From the IMG/VR virus record IMGVR_UViG_3300040985_001055, positions 1 to 47,951 of that record: 47,951 nt of DNA; one strand, written 5' to 3'. Made by a program: the position numbers and the translations under genes. Shown one piece after another: positions 36,340 to 44,458 of this stretch; within the stretch, counting starts at the first letter, position 1, and the number at the start of each line of letters is the position of its first letter. Below the pieces are notes generated by a model that saw only the letters and a program-made list of their open reading frames with translations, had not been told where the DNA came from and searched no databases. The stretch is from a virus. Its lineage: Duplodnaviria; Caudoviricetes.

Positions 36340-36864
36340 ATGTCTAATAATAAAAATTGCTACTCATGCTACTCATGCGACTCATGCTACTCATGCTACT
36401 CATGCTACTCATGCAACTCATGCGACTCATGCAACTCATGCGACTCATGCAACTCATGCTACTCATGCTACTCATGTATCTATTCTAAGGGATTAAGAAT
36501 GTCGGAAAGAATGATTTTTTGCCTTGGAGAAGGTCGTTTAAAATCATCAGGAATTGGATATCAGAAAAATAATATGGTTTTTAATAAGCAAGTTTCAAAA
36601 GAAAGATATGATGCCGTTCTTTCTCAAATCAAAACAATATTTAAAGATTTAAAATTAGAATTAAATAAAAATTCATGGACAGATGAATGGAAGAAGGTAA
36701 CAAAAGAGCAGTGGATTCAATTGTCACAGATTGCAGAATTTGATATTGGTGTAGTTGAGGGTATTGTCGGGTTTAGACCTGGTGATAAGGTCACGATAAC
36801 GGTTGAAGGCAAGAGCATTGAGATAAGCAGGGAATCTGCGAAAGCTCTTAATTTAATTGATTGA
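36340..36864 (+). CDS. Protein with 13 C-[YDN]-S tripeptide repeats
   Basis: AAGGAG RBS, ATG 36340; repeats then FC....FNK.V domain. Confidence 0.8.
   Translation: MSNNKNCYSCYSCDSCYSCYSCYSCNSCDSCNSCDSCNSCYSCYSCIYSKGLRMSERMIFCLGEGRLKSSGIGYQKNNMVFNKQVSKERYDAVLSQIKTIFKDLKLELNKNSWTDEWKKVTKEQWIQLSQIAEFDIGVVEGIVGFRPGDKVTITVEGKSIEISRESAKALNLID
36358..36474 (+). repeat. 13 x 9-bp tandem repeat TGC-NAC-TCA
   Basis: Counted directly; only the first base of the NAC codon varies (T, G or A). Confidence 0.95.
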
Positions 36865-36888
36865 CAAATGAGAATGAACATGTATTAT
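36861..36888 (+). promoter_or_regulatory. Sigma70-like promoter TTGACA-N16-TATTAT
   Basis: Same form as 40382-40409. Confidence 0.65.
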
Positions 36889-36938
36889 AAAGAAATAAAA
36901 TAACGTATATGTGCCGATATACTATGAGATGCTTCACG

Positions 36939-36985
36939 ACCCCTTCTCGTTTACCTCGGCACAGGTAAGCTTGAGGGGTTTTTTT
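36939..36985 (+). ncRNA. c4/CI-like antisense hairpin / terminator
   Basis: ACCCCTT..GTTTACCT-CGGCAC-AGGTAAGC..GAGGGGT plus T run; loop and bulge complementary to boxes at 36910-36929 and 37182-37199. Confidence 0.65.
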
Positions 36986-36997
36986 ATGAATAATTAT

Positions 36998-37075
36998 GCC
37001 GGTGTAGCTCAGTCTGGTTAGAGCAGTTGATTTGTAATCAACGTGTCACGGGTTCGAATCCTGTCTCCGGCCCCA
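36998..37075 (+). tRNA. tRNA-Thr(TGT)
   Basis: Full cloverleaf; anticodon loop TTTGTAA; GGTTCGAATCC; encoded CCA; one T-T mismatch in the acceptor stem. Confidence 0.9.
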
Positions 37076-37080
37076 ATTAA

Positions 37081-37160
37081 TGCGCGGTAGTTCAGTCTGT
37101 AGAGTAGAACAACGAGCTAATAACTCGGAGAAGCAGAGGTTTAATTCCTCGCCTGCGCTC
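37081..37160 (+). tRNA. Degenerate tRNA with AAT anticodon (probable pseudo-tRNA, Met-like body)
   Basis: GTTC/GAAC D stem, CGAG-CTAATAA-CTCG anticodon arm, GAGG-TTTAATT-CCTC T arm, GCGCGG/CTGCGC acceptor; no CCA. Confidence 0.55.
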
Positions 37161-37205
37161 ACTAAGATAAAAGGCAGTATGTGTGCCTATAAAATGAGAT
37201 AAGTT

Positions 37206-37919
37206 ATGGCTAGAATCCGATATTTAAAACCTGATTTTTTCTTTGACGATGATCTAGCTGATCTGAAATTTGAGGCAAGATTGGTTTTTCAAGGTCTTTG
37301 GTGTCATGCAGACAAGGCCGGAAGGCTCGAAGATAAACCAAAAGTGTTAAAAGCCAAAATCATGCCGTTTGACAAGGTAAACATGGATATGCTCTTATTT
37401 GATTTGGCTGAAAAATTCATAACCAGATACGAGGTAGATGGACGTAAGTATATACAGATAAACAGTTTCAGCAAGCATCAAAAACCGCATCACACCGAGA
37501 AAGAATCGACACTTCCTGAGTGTAACGGTGCTTTAACCGTTAAGAAACCGTTAGAGTTGGGAGGGAATGGGGAAGGGAATGGGGAAGAAGAAGATAAAGA
37601 GAAAGAGAAGGGGTTCGATTCTTTCTGGAATTTATATCCACCAAGAAATGGCAAGAAGCTTGAAAAAGGTGTTTGCTTGAAAATGTTCATGGATTTAAAT
37701 AAAGATGATATTCCTAAAATACTCGAAGCTGTGAAAAACTATGCTGACTCTAAACAAATCAAAGATGGCATTGGCATTAAAGATCCAAAGCGGTTCATTC
37801 AGAAAGATTTCTGGAAGGAATGGATTGTTCCGGAAACTGTAGTTCCTGGCAAATCAGACAATTATAGCCTTAAAGAAGTTGACTATACGAAAGGATTGGA
37901 GGGGTTTGAGAAGAAATGA
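37206..37919 (+). CDS. Phage replication initiator / replisome organiser
   Basis: MARIR.LKP.FF.D..L, LW..AD..GRLED.P..LK, F.KHQ.P, C-terminal F..FW..YP. Confidence 0.85.
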   Translation: MARIRYLKPDFFFDDDLADLKFEARLVFQGLWCHADKAGRLEDKPKVLKAKIMPFDKVNMDMLLFDLAEKFITRYEVDGRKYIQINSFSKHQKPHHTEKESTLPECNGALTVKKPLELGGNGEGNGEEEDKEKEKGFDSFWNLYPPRNGKKLEKGVCLKMFMDLNKDDIPKILEAVKNYADSKQIKDGIGIKDPKRFIQKDFWKEWIVPETVVPGKSDNYSLKEVDYTKGLEGFEKK

Positions 37920-38176
37920 AACATGTTGAAAATGTTTATATAAATTATGACCCCTTCGAAGGAGATAGAGACAGTGGTATTCGTTGTAAAAAAGTAAAAC
38001 TTGTTAAGACTCGAAAAGAACATGATTGTATTAGTTTTGATCATAAAGAGCAGCATGAAATTGCAAAAGGGGAAATGGCAAGAGTTGAAACTGCTATAGT
38101 TGATGGTTCATGGGGCTCTTATTATATGTGTACTGACTGTATAGATAAGTGGTTAAATTTAACAGGAGTTCTGTAA
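37916..38176 (+). CDS. Cys-containing hypothetical protein
   Basis: VKTRK.H.C ... Y.C..C.DKWL. Confidence 0.65.
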   Translation: MKHVENVYINYDPFEGDRDSGIRCKKVKLVKTRKEHDCISFDHKEQHEIAKGEMARVETAIVDGSWGSYYMCTDCIDKWLNLTGVL

Positions 38177-38466
38177 TGACCTACTACAAAATCACGTTCA
38201 GGATGCTTAAGAAAATATTATGTTGGACATTCGGCCACGAACCTTATAGCCCTTATCCTGCCGAATATGCTGGATATGATTATCCAAATCATACTCCATG
38301 TGCAAGGTGTGGAGTGTGGGATATTAGCTATCATGATTTAGTTTCTCCATCTAGATATGAATGGATAAAAAGCGAAATCAAACATTACTTTTATTTCAAG
38401 TGGAAGTATTATTTTTCTAAGTCTAAGCAAAATATTGATGGCACTTACGATGACTTGCCTTTTTAA
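38176..38466 (+). CDS. Hypothetical protein (LC..FGH...C.RCG)
   Basis: TAATG-coupled ATG at 38176; ends DDLPF. Confidence 0.6.
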   Translation: MTYYKITFRMLKKILCWTFGHEPYSPYPAEYAGYDYPNHTPCARCGVWDISYHDLVSPSRYEWIKSEIKHYFYFKWKYYFSKSKQNIDGTYDDLPF

Positions 38467-38498
38467 TCTTGTGTTAAATAAATTAGAGGAAGCGAATA

Positions 38499-39050
38499 AT
38501 GGATAACGCCCAAAAACTATACACCGATAACTGTGGCATTCCTGCTCGGTACAAAGATTGCTCTTTTGACAATTACGAGGCTACAAGGCCAGAACAGGTA
38601 AATGCCAGGACAACCATATCCGGTAAACTACACGATACGATCCTCTGTGGTGGCGTTGGCACTGGCAAAACACACTTAGCGTGTGCGAAGATCAATTATG
38701 TGGTTGGCGAGGGCTACAGAGCCGTATACGTTGAAATGATAAAGCTTATTCGGGAGATAAAGCAATCATGGAAAGATCAGAAGTTATCAGAAATATCAAT
38801 TATCCGGAAATATGGCCTTGAAATACCTTTTCTGGTTATAGACGAAATCGGTGTTCAATTTGGATCTGATACGGAAAAGCAATATCTAACTGAAATTATC
38901 AATGATCGGTATAACAACAAGCTTAAAACCTTTCTCATTACTAATCTGGACATGAAAGGACTCACGGATATAGTTGGTGAACGTGTAATTGATCGGTTTA
39001 GAGAGTCGAAACAGGTGATAATCTTTGGATGGGGGAGTTTTAGAAAGTGA
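38499..39050 (+). CDS. DnaC/IstB-like helicase loader ATPase
   Basis: GIP.RY..CSFDNY, GGVGTGKTHLA, LVIDEIG, IINDRY, GERVIDR. Confidence 0.92.
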   Translation: MDNAQKLYTDNCGIPARYKDCSFDNYEATRPEQVNARTTISGKLHDTILCGGVGTGKTHLACAKINYVVGEGYRAVYVEMIKLIREIKQSWKDQKLSEISIIRKYGLEIPFLVIDEIGVQFGSDTEKQYLTEIINDRYNNKLKTFLITNLDMKGLTDIVGERVIDRFRESKQVIIFGWGSFRK

Positions 39051-39220
39051 AAACTGATCATATCGTACTAAGGCAATCGGACATGGCAGGAGAATGTTTA
39101 CATTGCGGAGCAATACTTAAAATGGAATTGCCCGTTGATTTAATTGTATATGCTAAGGCAAATCAGGAATTTGTAAAAATCCATAAACACTGTAAGAAAG
39201 CGAGGGGAAATGAAATATGA
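39047..39220 (+). CDS. 57-aa CxxC...HxxC zinc-binding protein
   Basis: Hand translation; GTGA coupling; ECLHCG...HKHC. Confidence 0.6.
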   Translation: MKTDHIVLRQSDMAGECLHCGAILKMELPVDLIVYAKANQEFVKIHKHCKKARGNEI

Positions 39221-39417
39221 ATAAGGTTAGCCAAGAGGCATTAAAAGAACGTGCGGCGCTGAGAAATATCCGGAAACAATCAGGCAATGTCCAACCCTAC
39301 AACAGAATTGAGCAGGAATAAGCCTCCTGTGAGGCTCGTCACGCGCAAAAAGGGGTTATGGCATGACCACACGCATGTGTATATTTATGACTAACGAGAT
39401 CATTTCAGAGGGTTTTT

Positions 39418-39750
39418 ATGAAAATACTACATCTTAATGTTGAGAAACAATGGTTTGACATGATTCATTACATGCAAAAGCCCGAAGAATATCGCAAGCT
39501 TAGTGACTATTGGTATTCTCGGTTTTTCAAGTATTTTTCTATTAAGGGAGATAATACCTTTCATTCTCATTTTGGAATACCAAAAGGTGAAAAATGGAAA
39601 GTGATCTTTTCAAATGGATATGCTAAAGATAGAGACCAAACAGAAAGAGAACTTAAAGGTATATCCATTGGAACTGGGCAAGCAAAATGGGGTGCAATAC
39701 AGGCACGTAGATATTTTGTATTGAAATTAGGCGCAAAGATTAATCCATAG
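39418..39750 (+). CDS. ASCH-domain protein
   Basis: LHL....WFDMI....K.EEYR....YW..R, F.NGY, G...WGA....YFV.KLG. Confidence 0.85.
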   Translation: MKILHLNVEKQWFDMIHYMQKPEEYRKLSDYWYSRFFKYFSIKGDNTFHSHFGIPKGEKWKVIFSNGYAKDRDQTERELKGISIGTGQAKWGAIQARRYFVLKLGAKINP

Positions 39751-39945
39751 TATAATGGCACATGACAGCCTACCAAAATGCTACGAGCCTGGACCAATTG
39801 ACGGAAAACACATGAAGATCTGCAAATACTACGATTCTCAGTGTTGTATGAAGATGGACTTTCCTATGCTGATTTGTGTTTTAGTTTTAGAACGTATATT
39901 ACCGGATTATGAGAGGATTGAATGAATGGAAAGGGGGTTTAGATT

Positions 39946-40260
39946 ATGAAAAGATTGTTAAAATTAGAAGAAGTTATTGGAAAGAAGATTTCTTCTGCAA
40001 GATTTATTGACTGCGATGAACAGGTTGCGATATTGTTTAGCGATCAATCTTATATTGTTATTAGACCTTCTTTTTATGGCGAGACTTTCAATTTAGGTGT
40101 TTGTGATTATAATAGAGACTATGAGTTAAGGGATGCTGGTGTCATATCTGAAGAGGAATTTGTTGATAGGGAGTCTTGTAAGGATTTAGCAAGCAAGAAA
40201 AAACAGGAAATATCTGAAAAAGCAGAGTTTGAACGGCTAAAACTTAAATATGATACATGA
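39946..40260 (+). CDS. Hypothetical protein
   Basis: RBS; ends E.AEFERLK.KY. Confidence 0.65.
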   Translation: MKRLLKLEEVIGKKISSARFIDCDEQVAILFSDQSYIVIRPSFYGETFNLGVCDYNRDYELRDAGVISEEEFVDRESCKDLASKKKQEISEKAEFERLKLKYDT

Positions 40261-40334
40261 TTACGGTGGGTGTTTGGAAGGAGGCGATGCCTATGCACTA
40301 AGGAAGAATATTGTATAATTGCAATTTCGAATTG

Positions 40335-40373
40335 AGTGGCCCTCTCCAGGTGAGATTCCTGGAAGGGCTATTT
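40335..40373. terminator. Hairpin between convergent units (probably bidirectional)
   Basis: AGTGGCCCT.TCCAGG/CCTGGA.AGGGCTATT. Confidence 0.6.
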
Positions 40374-40381
40374 AAAAATTG

Positions 40382-40409
40382 TTGACAATATAGATCTCTT
40401 GTGTATTAT
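40382..40409 (+). promoter_or_regulatory. Sigma70-like promoter facing the 3' end of the methyltransferase gene
   Basis: TTGACA-N16-TATTAT. Confidence 0.55.
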
Positions 40410-40478
40410 GCTGCTACCTAGCCCTCTGGTCAAGGTAGCTTGAGACACATACCATTATCTCTTCTGCCTTGGCCGGTC

Positions 40479-41207
40479 CTAATCTTCTACACTCGCACCA
40501 CAGTAATCGCAATGAGTTTCCTTGTCCTTATCGTGTATGTGGTCACTGGAACACTCGCAGTACCAATACTGAGCGCCAGTACTTAATACACCCCATTGAA
40601 GTGCGAATGCTTCTGCAATGCCGGTATAAGTTTTTGCTCTTTCTTGACTTCTTGTGTCAGAAGGCCCTATCCGGTTCTGTCCGCTATCTGTCTGGTTGCC
40701 CCATCTTTTTTTGCCATTTACGATTCTTGGTTCAATGTATTTTGTTTGCTCCAACTCGGGCAAATTCTTTAACCACAATCCGGTCTTCTTGCTGGCATCG
40801 TGACCGAATTGATATGGCTGTATGTATTGATCAGCCTTTCTGATTGCGGTACCTAACCGTCCTACTGGATTCTCAATAGCAATCCTTGGGATATCTGCAT
40901 TCATAAGCTTGCGCACGAATGCAACAGCCCTTATAGTTTTGGCTTCCCTACCTTCAGTTTTGTTATTCCAATGTAGTCCGCTTGAGCATAAATATATACA
41001 GTCCGGAAATGCAATCATCATGTCCCAATATTTTTCCGATTTATTTAAGACATTCAAAATATTATCATTGATATGCCATTCAGGATGTCCACCAGAACAG
41101 TCTTTCAGGTCACAACTCCACGCTTCATGCCCTAATTTCCGGAAGGCAATACATACCTCCTGGCTCTCTTCACATGCTACCAAAACTTTCATACTTAAAT
41201 TCTCCAT
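40479..41207 (-). CDS. Phage short DNA cytosine methyltransferase-like protein
   Basis: KVLVACEES, A.SCDL, FPDC.YL (PPC-like), IENPVG, IQPYQFGH...K.T.LWL, R.KTY.GIA.A.A.QWG. Confidence 0.85.
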   Translation of the reverse strand: MENLSMKVLVACEESQEVCIAFRKLGHEAWSCDLKDCSGGHPEWHINDNILNVLNKSEKYWDMMIAFPDCIYLCSSGLHWNNKTEGREAKTIRAVAFVRKLMNADIPRIAIENPVGRLGTAIRKADQYIQPYQFGHDASKKTGLWLKNLPELEQTKYIEPRIVNGKKRWGNQTDSGQNRIGPSDTRSQERAKTYTGIAEAFALQWGVLSTGAQYWYCECSSDHIHDKDKETHCDYCGASVED

Positions 41208-41331
41208 TCAAAAAAGTAAATCAAAACTATAAAATCTGCTTCCTTTCCTTAGCAAAAAACACACTCAGGAATTACTATTTGCAGGAACACGTTTTCCGGA
41301 AACTTTAAAATCATTTCAAGCTAAACACTGT

Positions 41332-41379
41332 GCAACATATTTACTGCTATTTTAAGGCAATTTGGATAGTAAATACTGC
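41332..41379. promoter_or_regulatory. Two imperfect GCAGTA-N4-TACTGC sites 32 bp apart (candidate enhancer/operator)
   Basis: GCAACA-TATT-TACTGC and GGATAG-TAAA-TACTGC. Confidence 0.4.
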
Positions 41380-41455
41380 GGTTTTTAGCTACTATCTCAT
41401 GCCAAAAAACATATAAAAAAAAGAGTAAAATAAATGCAATAAATTACTCAATTCA

Positions 41456-41468
41456 TAACCTGTTGATT
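41456..41468 (-). promoter_or_regulatory. IHF consensus site
   Basis: Minus strand AATCAA-CAGG-TTA matches WATCAANNNNTTR. Confidence 0.55.
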
Positions 41469-41540
41469 TATAACGGTTTACTTGTGGCTGTAACTGTTGG
41501 CATAACTATAAACACAATTAAAAACACTATTATAGTATTA

Positions 41541-41560
41541 TTGGCATACGGTGTGCCATA
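41541..41560. promoter_or_regulatory. Palindromic sigma54-type (-24/-12) promoter
   Basis: + strand TTGGCATACGGTGTGCC and - strand TGGCACACCGTATGCC both give GG-N10-GC. Confidence 0.55.
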
Positions 41561-41611
41561 AGTAAAAGATGTGTAATTTATATTTATAGTTTGTTTGGGA
41601 AGGTGGGAAAA

Positions 41612-41773
41612 ATGAAAATATGTCTTGAGTTGTTTGGGTGTATTGTAGTCGGGTTCGTTCTTATCGGTGCCTGTTGTTGGGCTATCGGTATCAATGAACC
41701 ACCAGTGACGGAGTATGTGCAAGAGGGTAGTTTATTAAATTATGTATGGGAATTTATAACAAGGGGGAATTAA
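41612..41773 (+). CDS. Small membrane protein, first gene of early-type cluster
   Basis: AAGGTGG RBS, ATG 41612, TM helix. Confidence 0.55.
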   Translation: MKICLELFGCIVVGFVLIGACCWAIGINEPPVTEYVQEGSLLNYVWEFITRGN

Positions 41774-41959
41774 ATGAGCGTACTTGAATTGAGTAAGAAA
41801 ATAGGAAAGACGGCAAAGTATGGGGCGAATGGTATGCGGATTGATGTTGAAGTTGTTGATATTGAGGATGCTGGCTGGCAAAGAGTATCTTTTATTATTA
41901 AACCAGTTGCCGGAAGTGGTACGTGCAAGGTTTTAGAAAGTAGTTTAACATTTGATTGA
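41774..41959 (+). CDS. Small SH3/KOW-like hypothetical protein
   Basis: V.V.D.....G/W......PVAGSG...V. Confidence 0.65.
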   Translation: MSVLELSKKIGKTAKYGANGMRIDVEVVDIEDAGWQRVSFIIKPVAGSGTCKVLESSLTFD

Positions 41960-42251
41960 GAGGGATAAAATGGAGAGGATTACTCAAAGAGACCTAGAGG
42001 GGTTATGTGATGTTGTCAATGATGCAAAAGGCTTTGAACGTAGGCCGTATGGAGAACGCACCAAAAAGGGGTGTAATCCAAACCCTAACGTATATCACCT
42101 TAATTACGCTTATGGGCGTGTTCAGTTGGTTCAGATGTCACCTGAAAAGGGATGTACTGGCGTGAGTGAGGTATTCGGCTATGGAACAAAAAGAGAGCTA
42201 TACGGGCAAATGAGAGCATTTATCAAAGGAATGGAGGTGAAAGGATATTGA
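41952..42251 (+). CDS. Hypothetical protein (probable start ATG 41970)
   Basis: RIT..DLE ... Y.L..AYG...L ... G..TKREL...M.AFI.G. Confidence 0.7.
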   Translation: MIERDKMERITQRDLEGLCDVVNDAKGFERRPYGERTKKGCNPNPNVYHLNYAYGRVQLVQMSPEKGCTGVSEVFGYGTKRELYGQMRAFIKGMEVKGY

Positions 42252-42484
42252 ATAACAAACGTAATAGAATAGGCAACTTAATAAGCGAAGAAACGTGTCA
42301 CGATTTAGTGCCCGGAGAAATGGCGGAAAGATGGCAAAACAACAAAAGATGTGAAACTTGCCTAGAGGTTAATTTTAGCGGTAATAATGGCAAGAATGTA
42401 ACATGCGGTATTACTGGTGATATTGTTGTAGATGTTAATACCGTCAATGCCAATTGCCCTCTAAATAAGGAGCCTATGCAATGA
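42248..42484 (+). CDS. Cys-rich hypothetical protein
   Basis: C..C ... C ... CPL; AAGGA RBS. Confidence 0.55.
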   Translation: MNNKRNRIGNLISEETCHDLVPGEMAERWQNNKRCETCLEVNFSGNNGKNVTCGITGDIVVDVNTVNANCPLNKEPMQ

Positions 42485-42672
42485 AAACAGAACAACAAAT
42501 TGCAACAGAATTACGGCTTAAGGATGTAAATACTTTGATTGCTGAGTCGCTTGGCATAGCAAATGATTCTTCTTGTAGTATTGCACTTGAAAAGATCAGG
42601 CTTAACCTGGTTAAAATGCGTGTATTGACAGGCGCGATTAAGGAAGATATTAAACTTTTGGGGGGATGTTAG
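42481..42672 (+). CDS. Hypothetical protein
   Basis: ATGA-coupled. Confidence 0.55.
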   Translation: MKTEQQIATELRLKDVNTLIAESLGIANDSSCSIALEKIRLNLVKMRVLTGAIKEDIKLLGGC

Positions 42673-42673
42673 A

Positions 42674-42940
42674 ATGGATAATGAGTTACAGATTGAAATT
42701 GACGATAAAATACTATGTTTTCCGTCTTATCCGGCAGAATGTGAATATGTCCGGATCATAGACAAGGCAAATAATGAGCGTTTCTACTGGCATTTTGACG
42801 AATGGGGCGAAGATCCGCGTCTTGTCATGGGTGCGATTATGGGTACGTTGTGCACCTCTTTACCTGATACGGTTAAAGACGGTGTATCAAGTGACGATTA
42901 CGAGAAACAGGAATTTAATACAAGGGAGGCGAAAGAGTGA
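42674..42940 (+). CDS. Hypothetical protein
   Basis: YVRI.D....E..YW..DEW.EDP..VMGAI motif. Confidence 0.7.
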   Translation: MDNELQIEIDDKILCFPSYPAECEYVRIIDKANNERFYWHFDEWGEDPRLVMGAIMGTLCTSLPDTVKDGVSSDDYEKQEFNTREAKE

Positions 42941-43131
42941 GGCTTAATGTGATAGGCAGAATTGACGAACTTAAACTATTTCATAATGATTTTAGTCCTA
43001 CGTCATTTAGATGGAAGAATGTAACTTTTCATTGTATGCCGGTGCAAGATGTAGATTATGAGAATTTGAATGACAGTAATTTATTGCTATTCCTTGAGTT
43101 TGTAATATCAAGGCATTACAGGCAAGGGTAA
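42937..43131 (+). CDS. Hypothetical protein
   Basis: GGAGG RBS, GTGA coupling. Confidence 0.55.
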   Translation: MRLNVIGRIDELKLFHNDFSPTSFRWKNVTFHCMPVQDVDYENLNDSNLLLFLEFVISRHYRQG

Positions 43132-43150
43132 TTTATAGGAGGGTTTTGAA

Positions 43151-43498
43151 ATGTGTTTAAAATGTGGAATGTTGGTAAACTGCCAGCTAAAAGATACAGA
43201 GGTTTTGAAAGAGAGCAGAAATGAAGAATATACCGAAGTATATTGTGAAGATTGCAATAAAAGATTTATTGATAAAACGGGATTCTGTCCAGATTGCAAC
43301 AACTCATTTTTAAGGCAAATAGAAACCGTTGATGTGTTTCTTGAAGGTGGCCTTGTCTATGATGTGTCTATGTCATGTCCCTGGGTTGATGTAAAAATAA
43401 TTGATTATGATACGGAAGGTTCTAATGATGAACGCATCACACAAGATAAAGAAGGGCGCGACTGCTTCATGCAGACATACTTTAGATCGGAACAATAA
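43151..43498 (+). CDS. Zinc-finger hypothetical protein
   Basis: Three CxxC; EGGLV.DV...V.IIDYD.EG. Confidence 0.65.
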   Translation: MCLKCGMLVNCQLKDTEVLKESRNEEYTEVYCEDCNKRFIDKTGFCPDCNNSFLRQIETVDVFLEGGLVYDVSMSCPWVDVKIIDYDTEGSNDERITQDKEGRDCFMQTYFRSEQ

Positions 43499-43627
43499 CA
43501 ACAAATTACCACACAAAGCCGGATTGCATCAAAATACTGATGTTTTCCGGCTTTCTTTATGCACACAATACACCACAACAAACGCAAACAATACCAACCA
43601 TACCAATACACCTTCAAATAAATATAC

Positions 43628-43658
43628 TTGACACAATCCATTTCATGATGTATACACT
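43628..43658 (+). promoter_or_regulatory. Sigma70-like promoter upstream of terS
   Basis: TTGACA-N17-TATACA in an intergenic region. Confidence 0.5.
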
Positions 43659-43923
43659 CTATAGCCTGTTTAAATAGGGGCGGCTGGTGTGGGCATAGGC
43701 ATACACACTTATGACAAATAACACACATGAATAATTACTATTATAAACTCACTTTTAAATGTCATCAATATTCATTTCAAACACAATACAAAGAACAATC
43801 AACTATGATAAACAACGAATTAAAAGAAGATGAATTCCTCAAACTTAGAATAAAAGCATTTAACTGGATGAATAGGTAAAATTAAGAACACATTCCGCAA
43901 CATTATGCGCGAGGTTACATAAA

Positions 43924-44367
43924 ATGGCTGGCAGACCTTCAAAATATAACGACACAATTGCTGCTGAATTACTCAAAGAATATTCAGGCGGCAAGACATT
44001 GGTTAGTATATGTAATGCCAATAGGATGCCGTCACGATGGTCTATTTATAGATGGCGTGCTGCTAACCCTGAGTTTGATAAGGAGTTCTTAAAGGCTTGT
44101 GAATGTCATGCTGACGCTATCATAGAAAAGGCTTTTGATGGCGTTATGACGGGTGACAAATCAGAGTCTAAACTATTAGACGTTCAATTCAAGGCATCAA
44201 GCTGGTTGGCCTCTAAGGTAAATAGGGCTAAGTATGGCGATAAGCTTGAACTAAACCACAACGTCACACTTGACATATCACAGGCTATGACGTTAGCACT
44301 CACCAGAATGAAGTCTATCGGTACTGGATCAGCTCCATTACTGGAGGCTGATATCACCCCGAAATGA
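43924..44367 (+). CDS. terS: Terminase small subunit (Sf6 gp1-like)
   Basis: GRPSKY......., G.TL..IC....MP....I..W....PEF, W.ASK.....YGDK. Confidence 0.85.
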   Translation: MAGRPSKYNDTIAAELLKEYSGGKTLVSICNANRMPSRWSIYRWRAANPEFDKEFLKACECHADAIIEKAFDGVMTGDKSESKLLDVQFKASSWLASKVNRAKYGDKLELNHNVTLDISQAMTLALTRMKSIGTGSAPLLEADITPK

Positions 44368-44442
44368 CATAACAAGCCTTATCAGACCCAAGCGTCACAT
44401 AACCAATACCAACACAATCCACCACTCTCATTCGGTATAGGT

Positions 44443-44458
44443 GCAGTACAATTACTGC
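44443..44458. promoter_or_regulatory. Perfect palindrome GCAGTA-CAAT-TACTGC
   Basis: Intergenic, downstream of terS. Confidence 0.5.

Noticed and set aside
36358-36474. CRISPR-like array
   Set aside because: 9-bp contiguous coding repeat with no spacers; no cas genes
27654-36864. Diversity-generating retroelement (BPP-1-like virion, NAC-variable repeat)
   Set aside because: No reverse transcriptase or Avd gene recognised, and no TR/VR pair matching the tail fibre 3' end was seen
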